The notes under the pieces: generated by a model
Told to the model about the DNA's origin: nothing
Seen by the model: only the letters and a program-made list of their open reading frames with translations
Database searches by the model: none
Part shown: in pieces, positions 63,807-64,000 of the stretch
How the letters are laid out: each line of letters opens with the position of its first letter
Position numbering within the stretch: position 1 is the stretch's first letter
Made by a program: the position numbers and the translations under genes
Source of the DNA: Patescibacteria group bacterium
GTDB taxonomy: Bacteria > Patescibacteriota > Patescibacteriia > Patescibacteriales > UBA12465
DNA: 64,000 nt
NCBI GenBank assembly: GCA_050949505.1
Contig: JBMNFV010000001.1
Location: 637,644 to 701,643 of the forward strand
Reading direction: 5' to 3'

Positions 63807-64000
63807 CTAATCTTTGATTGCTTGCGCGACCACTACCGCCACCTGCTTATCTAAGGCTGGTGGCAAAATTTGATCTACCCGGGGTTCGACCACTAGTGAG
63901 GCAATATTTTCTGCAGCTCTAATTAGCATGGTATCGGTAATCTGCTTTACTTGATTATCTAAGGCCCCGCGAAAGATTCCTGGAAACGCTAAAACATTAT
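63807..64000 (-). CDS. NAD(P)-dependent malic enzyme, C-terminal fragment; the 5' end lies beyond the window
   Basis: Manual translation: NVLAFPGIFRGALDNQVKQITDTMLIRAAENIASLVVEPRVDQILPPALDKQVAVVVAQAIKD, then stop. NVLAFPGIFRGALD is the conserved malic-enzyme C-terminal signature. Confidence 0.7.
   Translation of the reverse strand, partial: NVLAFPGIFRGALDNQVKQITDTMLIRAAENIASLVVEPRVDQILPPALDKQVAVVVAQAIKD

Overview
The window looks like a low-GC, gene-dense, streamlined bacterial chromosome segment using the standard genetic code. The gene content resembles a Patescibacteria/CPR-type organism, but that assignment is an inference only.

Most of the window is housekeeping:
- dnaB-ybaB-recR, rplU and murA.
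- A GalU plus three-GT2 glycan cluster.
- A compact dTTP-synthesis operon: dCMP deaminase, ThyA, RibD_C-type DHFR, a P-loop kinase and a Tmk-Dut fusion.
- gatB and miaA.
- Envelope genes: GT-C-like membrane proteins, MltG, UppP and PBP2.
- A full F1Fo ATP synthase operon preceded by tatD.
- A CIRCE-controlled hrcA-grpE-hsp20-dnaK-dnaJ operon.
- An OmpR/histidine-kinase pair and the 3' end of a malic enzyme gene.
- Two tRNAs, Lys-UUU and Thr-UGU.

The standout region is 1..14292, one long minus-strand gene train. It runs femX-ybeY, a Cys-rich secreted 528-aa protein, three prepilin-type minor pilins and a PilX_N-like protein. These are followed by a 1927-aa secreted giant built from phage-tail-fibre-like and YadA-head-like repeats, a ligand-less cupredoxin-like protein, and a second fibre paralog that runs off the window. 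I propose this is a minor-pilin-linked fibre/adhesin system.

Other notable points:
- An accessory islet at 31.5-36.5 kb with decayed IS30-like and rve-type transposase fragments flanking a small fibre paralog.
- A candidate orphan sRNA with a consensus promoter and terminator at 37.46-37.73 kb.
- A Na+-type two-carboxylate motif in ATP synthase subunit c.
- A DUF1653-GrpE fusion.

I saw no CRISPR array, rRNA or intact mobile element.
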